A DNA stretch of 64,000 nucleotides from Antedon mediterranea (taxonomy: Eukaryota; Animalia; Echinodermata): positions 14,570,001 through 14,634,000 of the forward strand of contig NC_092674.1 in assembly GCF_964355755.1 (NCBI RefSeq), read 5' to 3'. Both the position numbers and the translations under genes were made by a program. The number at the start of each line of letters is the position of its first letter. The stretch's first letter is position 1. The notes beneath the pieces are model-generated. The model worked only from the letters and a program-made list of their open reading frames with translations. It was not told where the DNA came from and did not search any database. Below, piece by piece: positions 1 through 11,900 of this stretch.

Positions 1-1230
1 TCTAGCCGAGGAATAAATGCTGATGACTTTGGTTTAACAAATGATCGATTGGATAAGTTGGAAGACATTGTTTCCAGGATAATTGAACTTGACCAGCCTA
101 ATACTGCTGCACGTACCACTGAGCAACAGCAAATCTATGATGATATGATCGAGGACGTCTTTATTACAGAAAGATCAGTTTCTAGTAAGTAAAAAATATT
201 TGAAAACGTTGTTTTAGTCATATAAATCCGATTTTTTTTTAAAGACAGATTTTAGTTTTCTATCAGATCATAAGAAATGTGTAAGTAGTTTTGTATCTCA
301 TAAGTAAGCTAAACCCAATTTCCGAAAGGTCATCGTTTGTCTCTAAATGCGACGATTCGACACTGCATATTCCATGGGAAGACTGTTGTCCAACGAAAAG
401 CGCTTTAATATCATTCGGGTTTAGGGAGAGCCCTGCCTGCGTCACCAAAACTACATTATGCCAGGCTATTCCATGTAAACAGTCTATAATAATACATGTG
501 CTTTCTAATTTTTGTTTCTGACTTCCAATGATTAATTACCCCTCTATTTATTATCTAATTATGTCATACTGTAACTCATAATATTTATATATACATTTTT
601 TTAAGCCTCTAGAAAATCTGTGTTCTCTGCGTCAAGATCTACTGAACTTTTAGGAACTGTTTACTCTCAAGTCATCACTTTTGATTTTGATCATGTCAAC
701 AAAGGTCGCGACTTTGTGTCTAAAAATGGTACATTTCACTGCCAATGGACTGGTTACTACTTTTTCACATTTACGTAAGTATTACTTGGCACAAATCACG
801 TACAAATAATTAAAGGAATTTGAAAGCAATAGAGCTATTACGTTATTATTATTATTGTTATTATTATTATTCATTGCTTCGTTTTAGTTACAGTTTATTC
901 AATTTCAACGGATTTGTTATAACTTTACTATGCGTAGACTTACATTGACAAAACTCGTATTATTATTTTTTTTTCAGATTACGTACACATGACGGTCATT
1001 TCATGGGAGTAAATTTGATAAAAACCAGTGGGAAGAACCATACTGTTATTACATCAATATACACAGATGCCCACTCTCGCAACACTATGGAAACACAAAG
1101 CATAGCTGTACATTTAAAAGCTGGAGATATTGTATGGTTACGACTGGGACCATCAGATCGATTCGCCGTATACAGTGACGAATTTCGTTACATCACATTC
1201 ACTGGCTTTTTGATATACAAAGGCAACTAA
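1..1230 (+). CDS. C1q domain-containing protein (C1qDC/CTRP-like), 5'-partial; exons <1..184, 606..774, 978..1230
   Basis: Manual splicing at GT-AG sites with matching phases gives ...RKSVFSASRSTELLGTVYSQVITFDFDHVNKGRDFVSKNGTFHCQWTGYYFFTFT-LRTHDGHFMGVNLIK...QSIAVHLKAGDIVWLRL...YITFTGFLIYKGN*. This carries the gC1q motifs FSA, GxFxCxxxGxYxF, LxxGDxVWL and TFxGFLI. Confidence 0.92.
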
Positions 1231-1934
1231 TAATACAAAAGAACTTTGACCAAACAAAAAAACGTACTAATACCCTGTGGTGTTTTTTGTTTTATTACAA
1301 ACCACAGTTTTAAAAGTACTCTGTATATCAATCAAAATTCCAATCTATGATGGGTGTCAGAAATGTTTCTTGCTTGCAGTGAAGACAATGCCGAAGCTCT
1401 TGGGATTGCTATGCGTTTTAACTTGATAGAATGTCCTTATGTATATAACCCAATTAATCGTTGTAAATCTGTAGCTAACGTATTTTTAGACATTGTGTTT
1501 ATTGTTTTGAATACTACAGTAACATCGTCCTATTTCAGCAATAAATGTAGAATGGAACAATTTTTAATTTTGCTTATTTATACCAGGGAGTTGTTATTAT
1601 GTCTAATAACAACTCCCTGTTTATACCATTGCTATCAATCGCCATAATTGAGGAACTGAAAACCAAAGTAATCTGTTGTTTATTTATTCCTTATTATATG
1701 TATTAATATTTAAAACCGTTTGAACTTCACATTAGGAACATAATGTACTTACAGATCGGTAAAATTATTCCATGACATCCTAAATTTATCTTTCATATTA
1801 AACACCATTTTTGTTTATATTTAGATTATTTTCTACTCTCCACCAGCATGTGCCTTTGTTTTTATTTTTTATTCCAGTTCATTTTGGCGGAGGAGCCCAT
1901 GAATGCTTTATATTCTCTATCGAAGTATTCATAT

Positions 1935-1976
1935 TTGCACTGATGAAGGGCTAGTGTTGTCCGAGAAGCCCAGCAA
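1935..1976 (+). ncRNA. Degenerate minimal hammerhead ribozyme motif (Penelope-type relic)
   Basis: TTGCA-CTGATGA-A-GGGC...GTCC-GAGA-AGCCC-AGCAA. The core GAAA is changed to GAGA and the NUH triplet is lost. Confidence 0.4.
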
Positions 1977-3309
1977 TCTTCTTTAGCTGTTTTACTTTAT
2001 CCTTTTGATTTAGCTTTTTGCTTCTTTAATTTTTTGTCTCCATTAAGATCCAGCCAATGATGCCCACGGCATTGTCATTTTTTAAGTAATTAGGTAATCG
2101 TTTAGAATAAAATGAACACCTATTGTACAAAATGTAATTTTGTCCTTCTTGTTATTTCTTTGTGTTTATTTAGTACGGATTACAGTCAACTTCCCCAATA
2201 ATGTACCTGACCCTGAAAATCAGAAACTATCATATACTAATGATATCTTGAAAATGCTACAAAGCTCTAGTACAACATTTATTAATCTGACACTCAAAGT
2301 TCGTATTTGGAGTTGTGTGAACAAAAAAAAACGTACGTATACGAAAAACCAATCGCGCAATAACAATTCAAAATGCTCAAATTAAGTTCTAATCAAATTA
2401 GAGCATCGTTCAGAACATTTAAATAGTTTCATAATTTGTCAATCTTTTCACGCCACGCGCGAAATTTTGTGCGCATAGCACCTAAGTAACGCAAAAAGCG
2501 CAACGTGATAAATTGCTTTCATTTTCATGAACTCGAAATGTCAAATAACGAGAGACGTGCACGTGAAATCTAAATATAATTAAATAATGTGACCTGCGTT
2601 ACCGTATCATATGGCAAGCTGAATTTAAAAAGTTTTTTTAAACTTTCGTCAATCATACAACATCCATACGTGTCAATTTGTTTTCCAAATCATATCGTTT
2701 TGCTCAAATCCTTATCTTCCAAATTTGTCAAAAAAAATATGTGGGTCCCGCACTTTTACCTATGCTACAGTACACTGTATATACATTGTATACTGTACAG
2801 TATGTTCTCTATATGACACATAATGGGCAAACCTCAGCACTAGAGTATAATGCATCAGGTCATAGGATGGCGTACATCAACTTTTTGTGCTCATATTTTA
2901 AGATTTTCTTAAATTAAATGTCGGTAAAATTATCTTTTATCACAATGATCATCTAAAATTCGTGACAAATTAAATTTTAGTTTGACTTTGGATTTATATT
3001 TTTACGAGTGCGTGTGTTAGTTTGTGTTTGTTAGCAGGATTACGCAAAAATATATATTTCCAGATCTTTCTCAACTTGAATCAACATATATATGTGGTCA
3101 CTGAATTAAATGTTGGAGAAAATCCTGAAATGAATCCCAATTCTGTACCACTATTAATATTTTACTTACTACAGGTAAGTTTCCACCAGAACATGTGTTG
3201 AACTTAGGTTCATAGTAAAAAATAAATAAATATAAAATATTATTAATACTGTATTAAAAAAAAATAGTAATATATTGTTTGAAGGTTTGCATGGCGAAAT
3301 CAAATGTTG

Positions 3310-3518
3310 ATATAAAGTTCGCGGTACACCACATATATTAGTTCTGAAAAGAACTGTTGATTTTCTGGCTTTCACACCAGTCCCACCCTTTCCACTTATA
3401 TTCCAAGTTTCCTGGACTTTCTGCATTCTCACTCCTGAGGACGATCAAAGTATATTGATCGAAACGTCAAGAAACTCTTTTCAGAACTAATACACGTGGT
3501 GTACCGCAAACTTTATAT
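3310..3518 (+). mobile_element. Penelope-like element relic: ~43-bp inverted arms enclosing a hammerhead ribozyme motif
   Basis: Arms 3310..3352 and 3476..3518 are near-perfect reverse complements; the hammerhead core lies at 3432..3471. Confidence 0.75.
3432..3471 (+). ncRNA. Minimal type I hammerhead ribozyme motif
   Basis: CTC-CTGAGGA-C-GATCAA(agtata)TTGATC-GAAA-CGTC-AAG: intact core, 6-bp stem II, palindromic ACGT stem III, GUC triplet, one mismatch in stem I. Confidence 0.75.
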
Positions 3519-3579
3519 AAAAAAAATAGTAATAATGATAAAATATTTATACAAAAAAAATAATGATTAAAAAAATGTA

Positions 3580-3660
3580 TCCTGAGCAGCAGAAATTGAA
3601 CCAGGGATTTCTACTGTGAAATGCTGGTGACGTGAAACCATTACACCAAACTCACATGCA
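3580..3660 (-). repeat. Degenerate tRNA-derived (SINE head-like) sequence
   Basis: Minus strand has a box A-like TGGTGTAATGG and a box B-like GGTTCAATT. A related box A segment lies on + at ~39905-39950. Confidence 0.45.
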
Positions 3661-5147
3661 CAAGGTTATAAGACAAAAAAATAAACAAAGTTAATGTTGG
3701 GGGAAAATCGTAAGTAGGGGAGGTAAGACATATATTACAAGTCACAAACAGATTCGGGTAAACACACTGTGTGCTTATATAATCTTCCGATAAACGCGCG
3801 AGTATGTGTATCATAAATGTTAAATTTTGCTCACGATTTGTTTAGAAATTTAGGAAATAATCTGACATTCGGTGTTCATTGACTTGATGTTCATTACAAA
3901 TACGGTGTACTGTATGGTTTGTATGTGAATTAAGAGATCTACGAACATGTAAAATATGTTATAACAATCCAGTTTATTTCATTTCATTTTGCTAAATAAA
4001 AGCTCATAAAGAACTAAAAATATAATTTCTTAATATAATCAAGATAATATAAATTCTAAAAATAACATAATTTTCTTTTTGAATTTTAATTCAAGGCTTG
4101 CAATCAAGTGGAATATAACGCCTCTCCCTTTCTGTAACCAGAGTTATACATTTTGTGTAAGATTTGGGCAAACAATTGTATATGGTATGTAACCTGTCAA
4201 ATTGTAAAATTGTGGAAAGGTAAACAAACTTATAACACATAACTAATACTGTAATAATAATTACTAAGGTTAAAAAATAAGTTTTTCTCATATTTAAGTG
4301 GGTCTATATTTAAAAAAACATATGTAACAAGCGAGAATTGACATATGAAAAGATAACATACATTACAGTGTATCCATAGAAACGGATACACTTTAATTAA
4401 TGTCATTTTTAGTTCACAGTTTATATAGAATTTACTGAAAGCTGTATTGACAATTATATAATAATACTTAATCTGCAATAATTCATACAATTTCTCTTCA
4501 GATTTAAGAACACAATAAAACATATGGTGAGGCATATGAATAAAATTAAGCTTGGTAAAAAAATATAATAACTATAGTATTCGGAGTGATTTAAACTATG
4601 ATTTAAATTTCTATTCAAATTTATTTTATTTTTAGAACAAACCAATAAGGCGTGTATATATCCTTAAAATACAAGTTAATGCTTGCTTGTAAATTTAAAA
4701 CAAATGAAACCAATTTACTTTAACTATTCATATACAATTAGTAGAGTTGTTCATTTAAATTTGATTGTACTATACATTATAAGCAGCAGTCATCATTTTC
4801 ATGCTTAAAATCTAACTATTTCAGCAAACCTAAAAATATAATCTATTACAATGATTACACATCTATATTGTTTAAAATTATGATTTAATATCTAATCATG
4901 AAATATATTATTTTTTAATTGGTATATTCTATTAGGAAGTTCTGTGCTTAATAAATCTGTAGTACTTTTGAATAGTGTTTGGAACTTGTTTTGGAGCGTG
5001 GGAAAATAACCTTGCCTTATTTTGTAGGGGTGTGCATTGGAGGAGCACACTACTACGGTAAATTCCTAATTTTAATAAGCCAATACTCCATAAAAAATGA
5101 TTAGTTAAATACATTCAAATACAACTATCCTTAGCCGGGTTCCAGTG

Positions 5148-5525
5148 GATGTTGAGTTGCGTTGATTTGCATTGAATTTAACAGGAAAATGGTAATTAGG
5201 CATTAAATATTAAGGATTGGCAGGAAAGCTAGAAATCATTAAAACAATAGAAAACAAACAAAACTTTTAAATAGTTTAACATATCAACATGTCCGAGGTT
5301 AGATTGCAGCATCAAGAACACTGGCCTTTTTCAATTTGTACGCAGGCCCTTCTGCCAGTGGCTTTTACAACAAGTCATGTCCGGGTGTCTTAACAACATT
5401 TGAGAGCAATTCTAAATGATTTCCAATTTGAATTAATTCTTAAAAATGTAATCAATGCATTGTGAAAATAATTTTTTGTTTAACTTGTTTGAAAAGTCAA
5501 TGCAACTCGCCACAACTCAACATCT
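5148..5525. mobile_element. Small MITE-like element with imperfect terminal inverted repeats
   Basis: GATGTTGAGTTG...TTGCATTGA at the left end is inverted at TCAATGCAA...CAACTCAACATC at the right end. Confidence 0.5.
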
Positions 5526-5766
5526 ACAAGAAAATACGAATTTAATATTATAAGTTACTTATAAAGTACATGCTTTTGATTTCTGTATATAACAACCAGT
5601 TGATGATGTACAGTAACAGCTGTGTTATAGCACTTTCAAGCATCAACACTATCAATAACAATTCAGTGGGAATGGTTTTAGATCACATTTATTCGGAAGA
5701 CAAATACTGCACTATATTATTATTACTCACTACGTCAGAAAAACAAACCGGTAAAATGTGTTGAAT

Positions 5767-5970
5767 TCACTTTTCTCCAGCTTTGAGTGTGTTTTGAATA
5801 TGTTGCATGATATTATCAAAGCGGTCCTGTCCCATGTAATCAACCTCTCCTTTTTCCCAGGCTTCTCTACGTGTCGGTGTCATCGAAGGCTGATTATGTG
5901 TACCTGTTGCTGCTGCCTCAACTTTATCCTCTAAACATATCTGACCTACTTCTGCTGCAAGCTCACAACC
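5767..5970 (-). CDS. GYG1: Glycogenin last exon (glycogen-synthase-binding tail)
   Basis: ttacag|GGTTGT acceptor, phase 0; [21 protein letters not shown]; ends at TGA. Confidence 0.92.
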   Translation of the reverse strand, partial: GCELAAEVGQICLEDKVEAAATGTHNQPSMTPTRREAWEKGEVDYMGQDRFDNIMQHIQNTLKAGEK

Positions 5971-8900
5971 CTGTAATAATAGAAACAAACTGTTCAGAAA
6001 TTGGTAATGGAATGTTATTACTATATGTACAGTGATCTGATTGAACCTGTGCCAGATTGTAACATACTCTAATGAGTTTTCAGGGGGCCTTCAATATTGA
6101 ATATAATGTCTACCTAAATTTGTTATGTGCAGCCAATTGAATGGTGTTTTGTATCAATATAATGTAAATGATAAGTGTATAAAAAATTGTACAAAACATA
6201 GTTTCCTCCTTGCAATTAGGACCTGTTTCTCCTGCATTATCCTCAAAATATGGTATAAAAATATGTTATATTTTATACCATATTTTTAGTACCCCATTTC
6301 TGCTAGAAGTAATATCTTTGGTGGTCAAAAATTCATCATTTTATACCAATTAGTAGTAAACATTTTGTGTCAATATATTCTGGCATACTGTACAGAACAA
6401 AAATATAATCATAAACTAAACTACAGATTGTACATATTCCAGGGTAGGAGCATTAACTCCCTATATAACCCGGCCCACACACAAACTACTAGTACTGTAT
6501 ATAGGCCTACTCTCCTAGGGATAACGATGCAACATTAGAAGTTAATAGCATAGATTGCCTGTTAATATTTTGTATCAATATTAAAATAAAGAAAGAATTA
6601 TGAAAATCTGACTTGTAGTTTTCAAAATATAGGGTCCAAAACATTGCTGAAAATAATCATTTTTTAGCTACGAACGAAGTAAATAAATTGCGCCCTCAGT
6701 AGGCAATTGTATGAACATATGGTTTTTAGTAATATACTGTATATCAACATTGTAAAATTCAATCAAATAAGATATTACATTTTTATTAAATAAAAAAAGT
6801 GTTTATTTAACCTCATTCAAAGAATTTCAATACATTATTTTCCCAACGTGCGTTGGACATGTCAAGACATGCATGCAGCAGTCCTCAGAGAGACAATTCG
6901 GCCCCTGTGAGAAAATTCTACCGCAGTCTGTTGACATGATTCACGTCAACCAATCAAATGGCGAGAATCCAAAATTGTTTTACCGTGAGCCCTCATAGAC
7001 TCTCTTTTCCCAGAATTTTTTGGGTCCAGCAGCTTGACCCTCTCAATTACAAAAATTTACAAAATATTAAAACTGTCAGCTTTAGATAAATAACTTTCGC
7101 ATTGATACAGTTTCTTATTGATAATGTCCTCTTGGGTTAATTTACATGGCTAAAGCCGGGCACGAAAAAATGAAATCTATCAAGACTGAAATTGATTTTT
7201 AACAACTTTAGAACTCTGGTTTCACAGAAAAGTGTCCCCTTAATAGCAGTGTCCCAAAGGATGAGTTCTACTTTTATTAAATTATTTTGCCTTATAATAC
7301 TGTATATATGCATAAAAAAAACTACAGTATTTAAATATATTAATCGAGGTGTTACATTATAGGATCCATCCATCCATGATCCTATGTTTCATGAACTAAA
7401 CATTTTCAGCAAAAAAATGCTATTTGTCATTATCAAAAGCCAGATAATTTTATTTCTGTCAAAAAAAAAAAGCTGATCAGAGTATGATATTCTATCTAAG
7501 GTCAAGCATTTCTAATCTCACATACACACATACTTAAAATAAACATTGTTCCAGTATCAGCTTTTGCCAATATGTCTGCATGACTTCTAACCTAGCTGAA
7601 TGCTCTAAACAGATTAGGTGTACTGCCAAGTGAATTAAACACATTGGGCCTGTTTCTGCTGCAACTGCTCAAAATACGGTATAAAAATACGGTATTTTTT
7701 ATACCGTATTTTTTAGTACCCCGTTTCTGCTAACAATACTTCTTGGGTGGTCGTGTTAAATTTCATCCTTTTTACCCAAATTGCCATTCATTTATTTGGT
7801 CGATAATTAAAAGTCGCAATAAAGGAAGTTTTACGTCTCACTTTCAACAGCCTAGCCCTAGTGATAGAGATGTTGTGAGAGCACAGAAAACATCGTAATG
7901 AGGACAAGTAATTCGTTCCCTTCCCGAGTTATTGTCTTTTACAATCTTGTACTGCTTTCGCAGGCTCTTCAGCTTTGAATTTACTTGCTTTGGAGACAAT
8001 TCTATTCCGTACTCCTGCTTTATTTTTTTAGAAATGTCTTTATAAATGTGGTTGTCCATTTTATTACCTTTTAGTTGGCCGGACATTTTAGCTTCCCCAT
8101 CCCCTCCTTCCCCACACAGATTTATATAGTAAATACTGTGTGACGTCTTCGCTCCACATTTTCGCCGAATATCTATACACGTGTGTAAAACAGCTGACAG
8201 CGACAGAAAATAAAAACACGATGTTGACCTCATGTCACAGGTAAAAAAAAAAACGGTATTTTTTATTGGCAGCAGAAAAGGGTACAAAAAATACGGTATA
8301 AATTTGTAAATACAGTATTTTATCCACAAATTTTGTGGGGAAAATACGGTATACAAAATACGGTATTTTTTTTATGAGCGCAGTTTCTGCTGCCAAAAAA
8401 ATATGGTATATATACGGTATTCAAAAAATACCGTATAAAATACGGTATTTTCTTGACAGCAGAAACAGAGCCATTGTCCTGTCTGGATTTGTTATAAAAA
8501 TAAGTCGATTCTAATATTAAATCCAGACATGCAGATAGATATTTTTGTTTTTCTTCTGTGATTCATCCACTTTCAATTGATCGCAAAGGGCAAAAAATGG
8601 AAGAATTGTAACTTTTCAGCAAAAATACCGGGTTTTCCATACTAATTCGGATTTTGGCAAAAACAGAAAAATGAATGCAGCAACTAGACGTCAGATTAGG
8701 TCTTGTACAATGTTTGTATGTTACTGCTGTTTACCAGCTAGGCCTACAAGACTAAACCTTGTTAGGTTAGGACTAAAGACCGTTCATAGAAAGACATTCA
8801 CAGTCAGTTTGGGTACAGTACCCGTACAGTACCCGTACAGTAGTGCATTGTTGACCTAGTTCAATGACAAAGTAATGTATATATATATATGTAATATGCA

Positions 8901-11900
8901 TTATTTTTACAAAATGTCAAAAATTAAAAATGGGTCTTTACAAGCAAATGAAAAAAATAGCATATTGAATTACTATTAGTATTATATCTGTGTACAGTGT
9001 TGTAGGCAAATGGAAACATGGGGACTCTCACTCTTAAATGTGGCAATGGAAACATATACAGTAGTTGTATCTAATTGGAAGTTTCAAGTGGGTCGAGGCT
9101 ACCATCAAATTTACAACATGTATGGGTATTGAAAGGGCATTTCAAAACAAAAAGTGCTTGAGTAGAAAAAAGTGTACAACAGAGTCACCCAATTACACTG
9201 CTGGAAATTTACTAGATAAAACAAAAATGTTGTAGATCTCCAAATACTCTTTAGCTACGTGATAATATGTAATACCATACTAGATCATACCCACTGGTTT
9301 GGTAATCAAATCAAATCTACTTTTCAGTACATAATGCAATCATTCAAAGGCACCCCCTGGGTATTTTATAACTATTGAATCCTGATTGAATGTGACAACA
9401 AATGTACCTAGCTGTGCTAGTTTCACCTGTATTCACTTCCCTCAAGCTTGTTCATGCTGAGATCATTCTTTGCCTTGAAGATAAACACAAACATTTTGGA
9501 CAAACTGGTGTCCAAATATTTTGTTAAATGATGCAATGTCATGTTTTTTGTACAGTACAAAGTTTGAACATGGATCTATGACATAGGTGACACGATGTAA
9601 ACAAAATCGTTGTTGAGGTACATACAGTATTACACATGCTCATTTAATTATACAACAAAATCTTTCTAACCATATGCCCAAATACCTTCGTAATGTTAAT
9701 GCTGTTATTCGCCAATGGCCCCATTTCTGCTGCCAAAAATATACCGTATATATACGGTATATTTTATATACGGTATATTTTTTGGCAGCAGAAACGAGTC
9801 TCATAAAAAATATACCGTATATATATGCGGAATATATACCGCATAAATATCCCAATCGTTTGTGGATATTATACCGTATATTTCGTACCCTGTTACTGCT
9901 GCACTCAAAATATACCGTGTATGTGACCCGAGGTAAAAAATAACAGAGCGTGACGCGTTTGTTTGGTTTTTCTGCTGCATTGACACACACGTGTATAAGC
10001 AAGCAACAGATCAAAATGTCACTGTGGACTGAAGAAATAACTATTTTTGCAATTCAATTATGGGGAGAAGCGAAGGTTAGAGGGAGACTGCATGGTAACA
10101 AAAGAGATACCAAGATTTACAAAAGTATCTCGCACAAAATAAAAGCAGAATTTGTGGTAGACTTAACGCCAAAGTAATCGGCAAACGCCGTCGTCTTCTT
10201 TGCATATATCTAGTCAATGTCCATTCTACATTTCTAGATTGTGTGTGCGGTGTAAATTCGTTGCCACTTCTGCTCATTAGATTTAAAATAGAAAGCAATG
10301 CTACAACGACGTTTTGAGAAACCATCATTATTTTGTTTTTGTCAGGTATAAACCTCACTACACGAGACTCTAGGTCAATCCATACTTCCGTCTCACGAAA
10401 TGCAGTTTGGGTAATGAAAGCCAACTTTTTTACAGCCCACCCACGAAGTATGTGCAGCGGAAACAGTGCACGAATTTCATATACGGTATATTTATACGGT
10501 CTATTTGGAGTTGGCAGCAGAAACAGGGCCAATTACACTCTCTGATTACAACTGGCCATTATCTTGTCAGAAAAAATGATTGTTCAAAGGAATTGATTTT
10601 ATTGTTAATCCATCTAATTTTATAACTCCATGGTTTGAGAGAGTCACATTTTACCGCAATAGCAAAGGAATTTTTTGCTGTGTTACTAAAAATAACCAAT
10701 TACATAACCATGTGAATTACCCCAATTTTTTGGATGGTAGACATTTTCAATAACCAGTTAAATTGCAGAGTGAAAATAACTGTAAAAAATAACGGTTAGA
10801 ATGTTAGAATGACATTTAACCAGTAATCTTTGTGCAACTTTTAACTGTATTATATTGTATTATTGTAAACAATTATATCAACTATTGATATGTAGTTAAT
10901 TGATTGTAAACCAGTATCTAATTAACTTGTTTGTTTCAGTCTAGCTGTCAGCAATATACTATATTAATCGAAACCAATAGAAAATGTTTTACAATTATAT
11001 CAACCCCAAATTGTCACTCGCTTTTACCATAAATTGTATCTTTTATTTTTAAATTCTGTTTTTTTTAAATCAATTATCAATCATTATTAACAATTAAAAT
11101 TTACAGTGTAAATAAACAATTAAAAAAGGCATATCGTTACAAAATATCATATTAGTTTTATGCAATAAAATCTTTCAGAATAATTTAAATATACCAAGAT
11201 TGATATGGGGATTTGTACTGTACGGCAGTAAGAAAATTACTAATTATTTTGTCAGTATAGTTTAAATAAAGGATGTAATGCCTGACACTTTCCCTGTTGT
11301 ATTTTTACTCTGGTACCCGAGTGTAGGACTCTCTCATCTTCTCCTCTTCCATCCGACACTATTGAGTAAAAAGTGCAATTTATATTAAAAGTACTACTCC
11401 TCCCGTATTTGTTGTAGTATTGAGCTAGGATTTGGAATGAATATACTACAGGGACATGTCCTCAAAGCTATAGAGCCGGATTTTTTAATTTCAAACTGGA
11501 TGCAGCCATTTATTACATTACATCTTGATAATTTAAAAGATTGTCGTAAGGCCTACATTTTAATGTTATATCTTTAATGCCAGTGTAATTACGTAATGGA
11601 TAAAACAATAAACAAGAAATATTTCTTACAAAAAAACGCCGCTCGACATTTTAACATTAATCATTGTTCTTTTGATTAATTTATGATTAATTATTAAAAA
11701 GATGTCCTTTAATCGCAAAAATACAAACAAATCACAGATAGTTCTTTAATTATAAATCACATGCCCATATTTAACTAGTTAATTGTATACACAGATTTGG
11801 AAGACATATGTGTACCTTTCCAACAATGTATTATTTGCCAACAAATATTAATCTACTTATTTAAAATGGCATTTAAAAATGGTCAGTTTTGAACTTCAAT

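Noticed and set aside
3580-3660. Functional tRNA gene
   Set aside because: Box A/B-like motifs are present but I cannot form a cloverleaf; treated as a SINE-head relic.
7844-8356. 170-aa ORF as a domesticated host Myb/SANT gene
   Set aside because: It lies wholly between TIRs with a TSD, its N-terminal half translates subterminal repeats, and the sister copies are broken.
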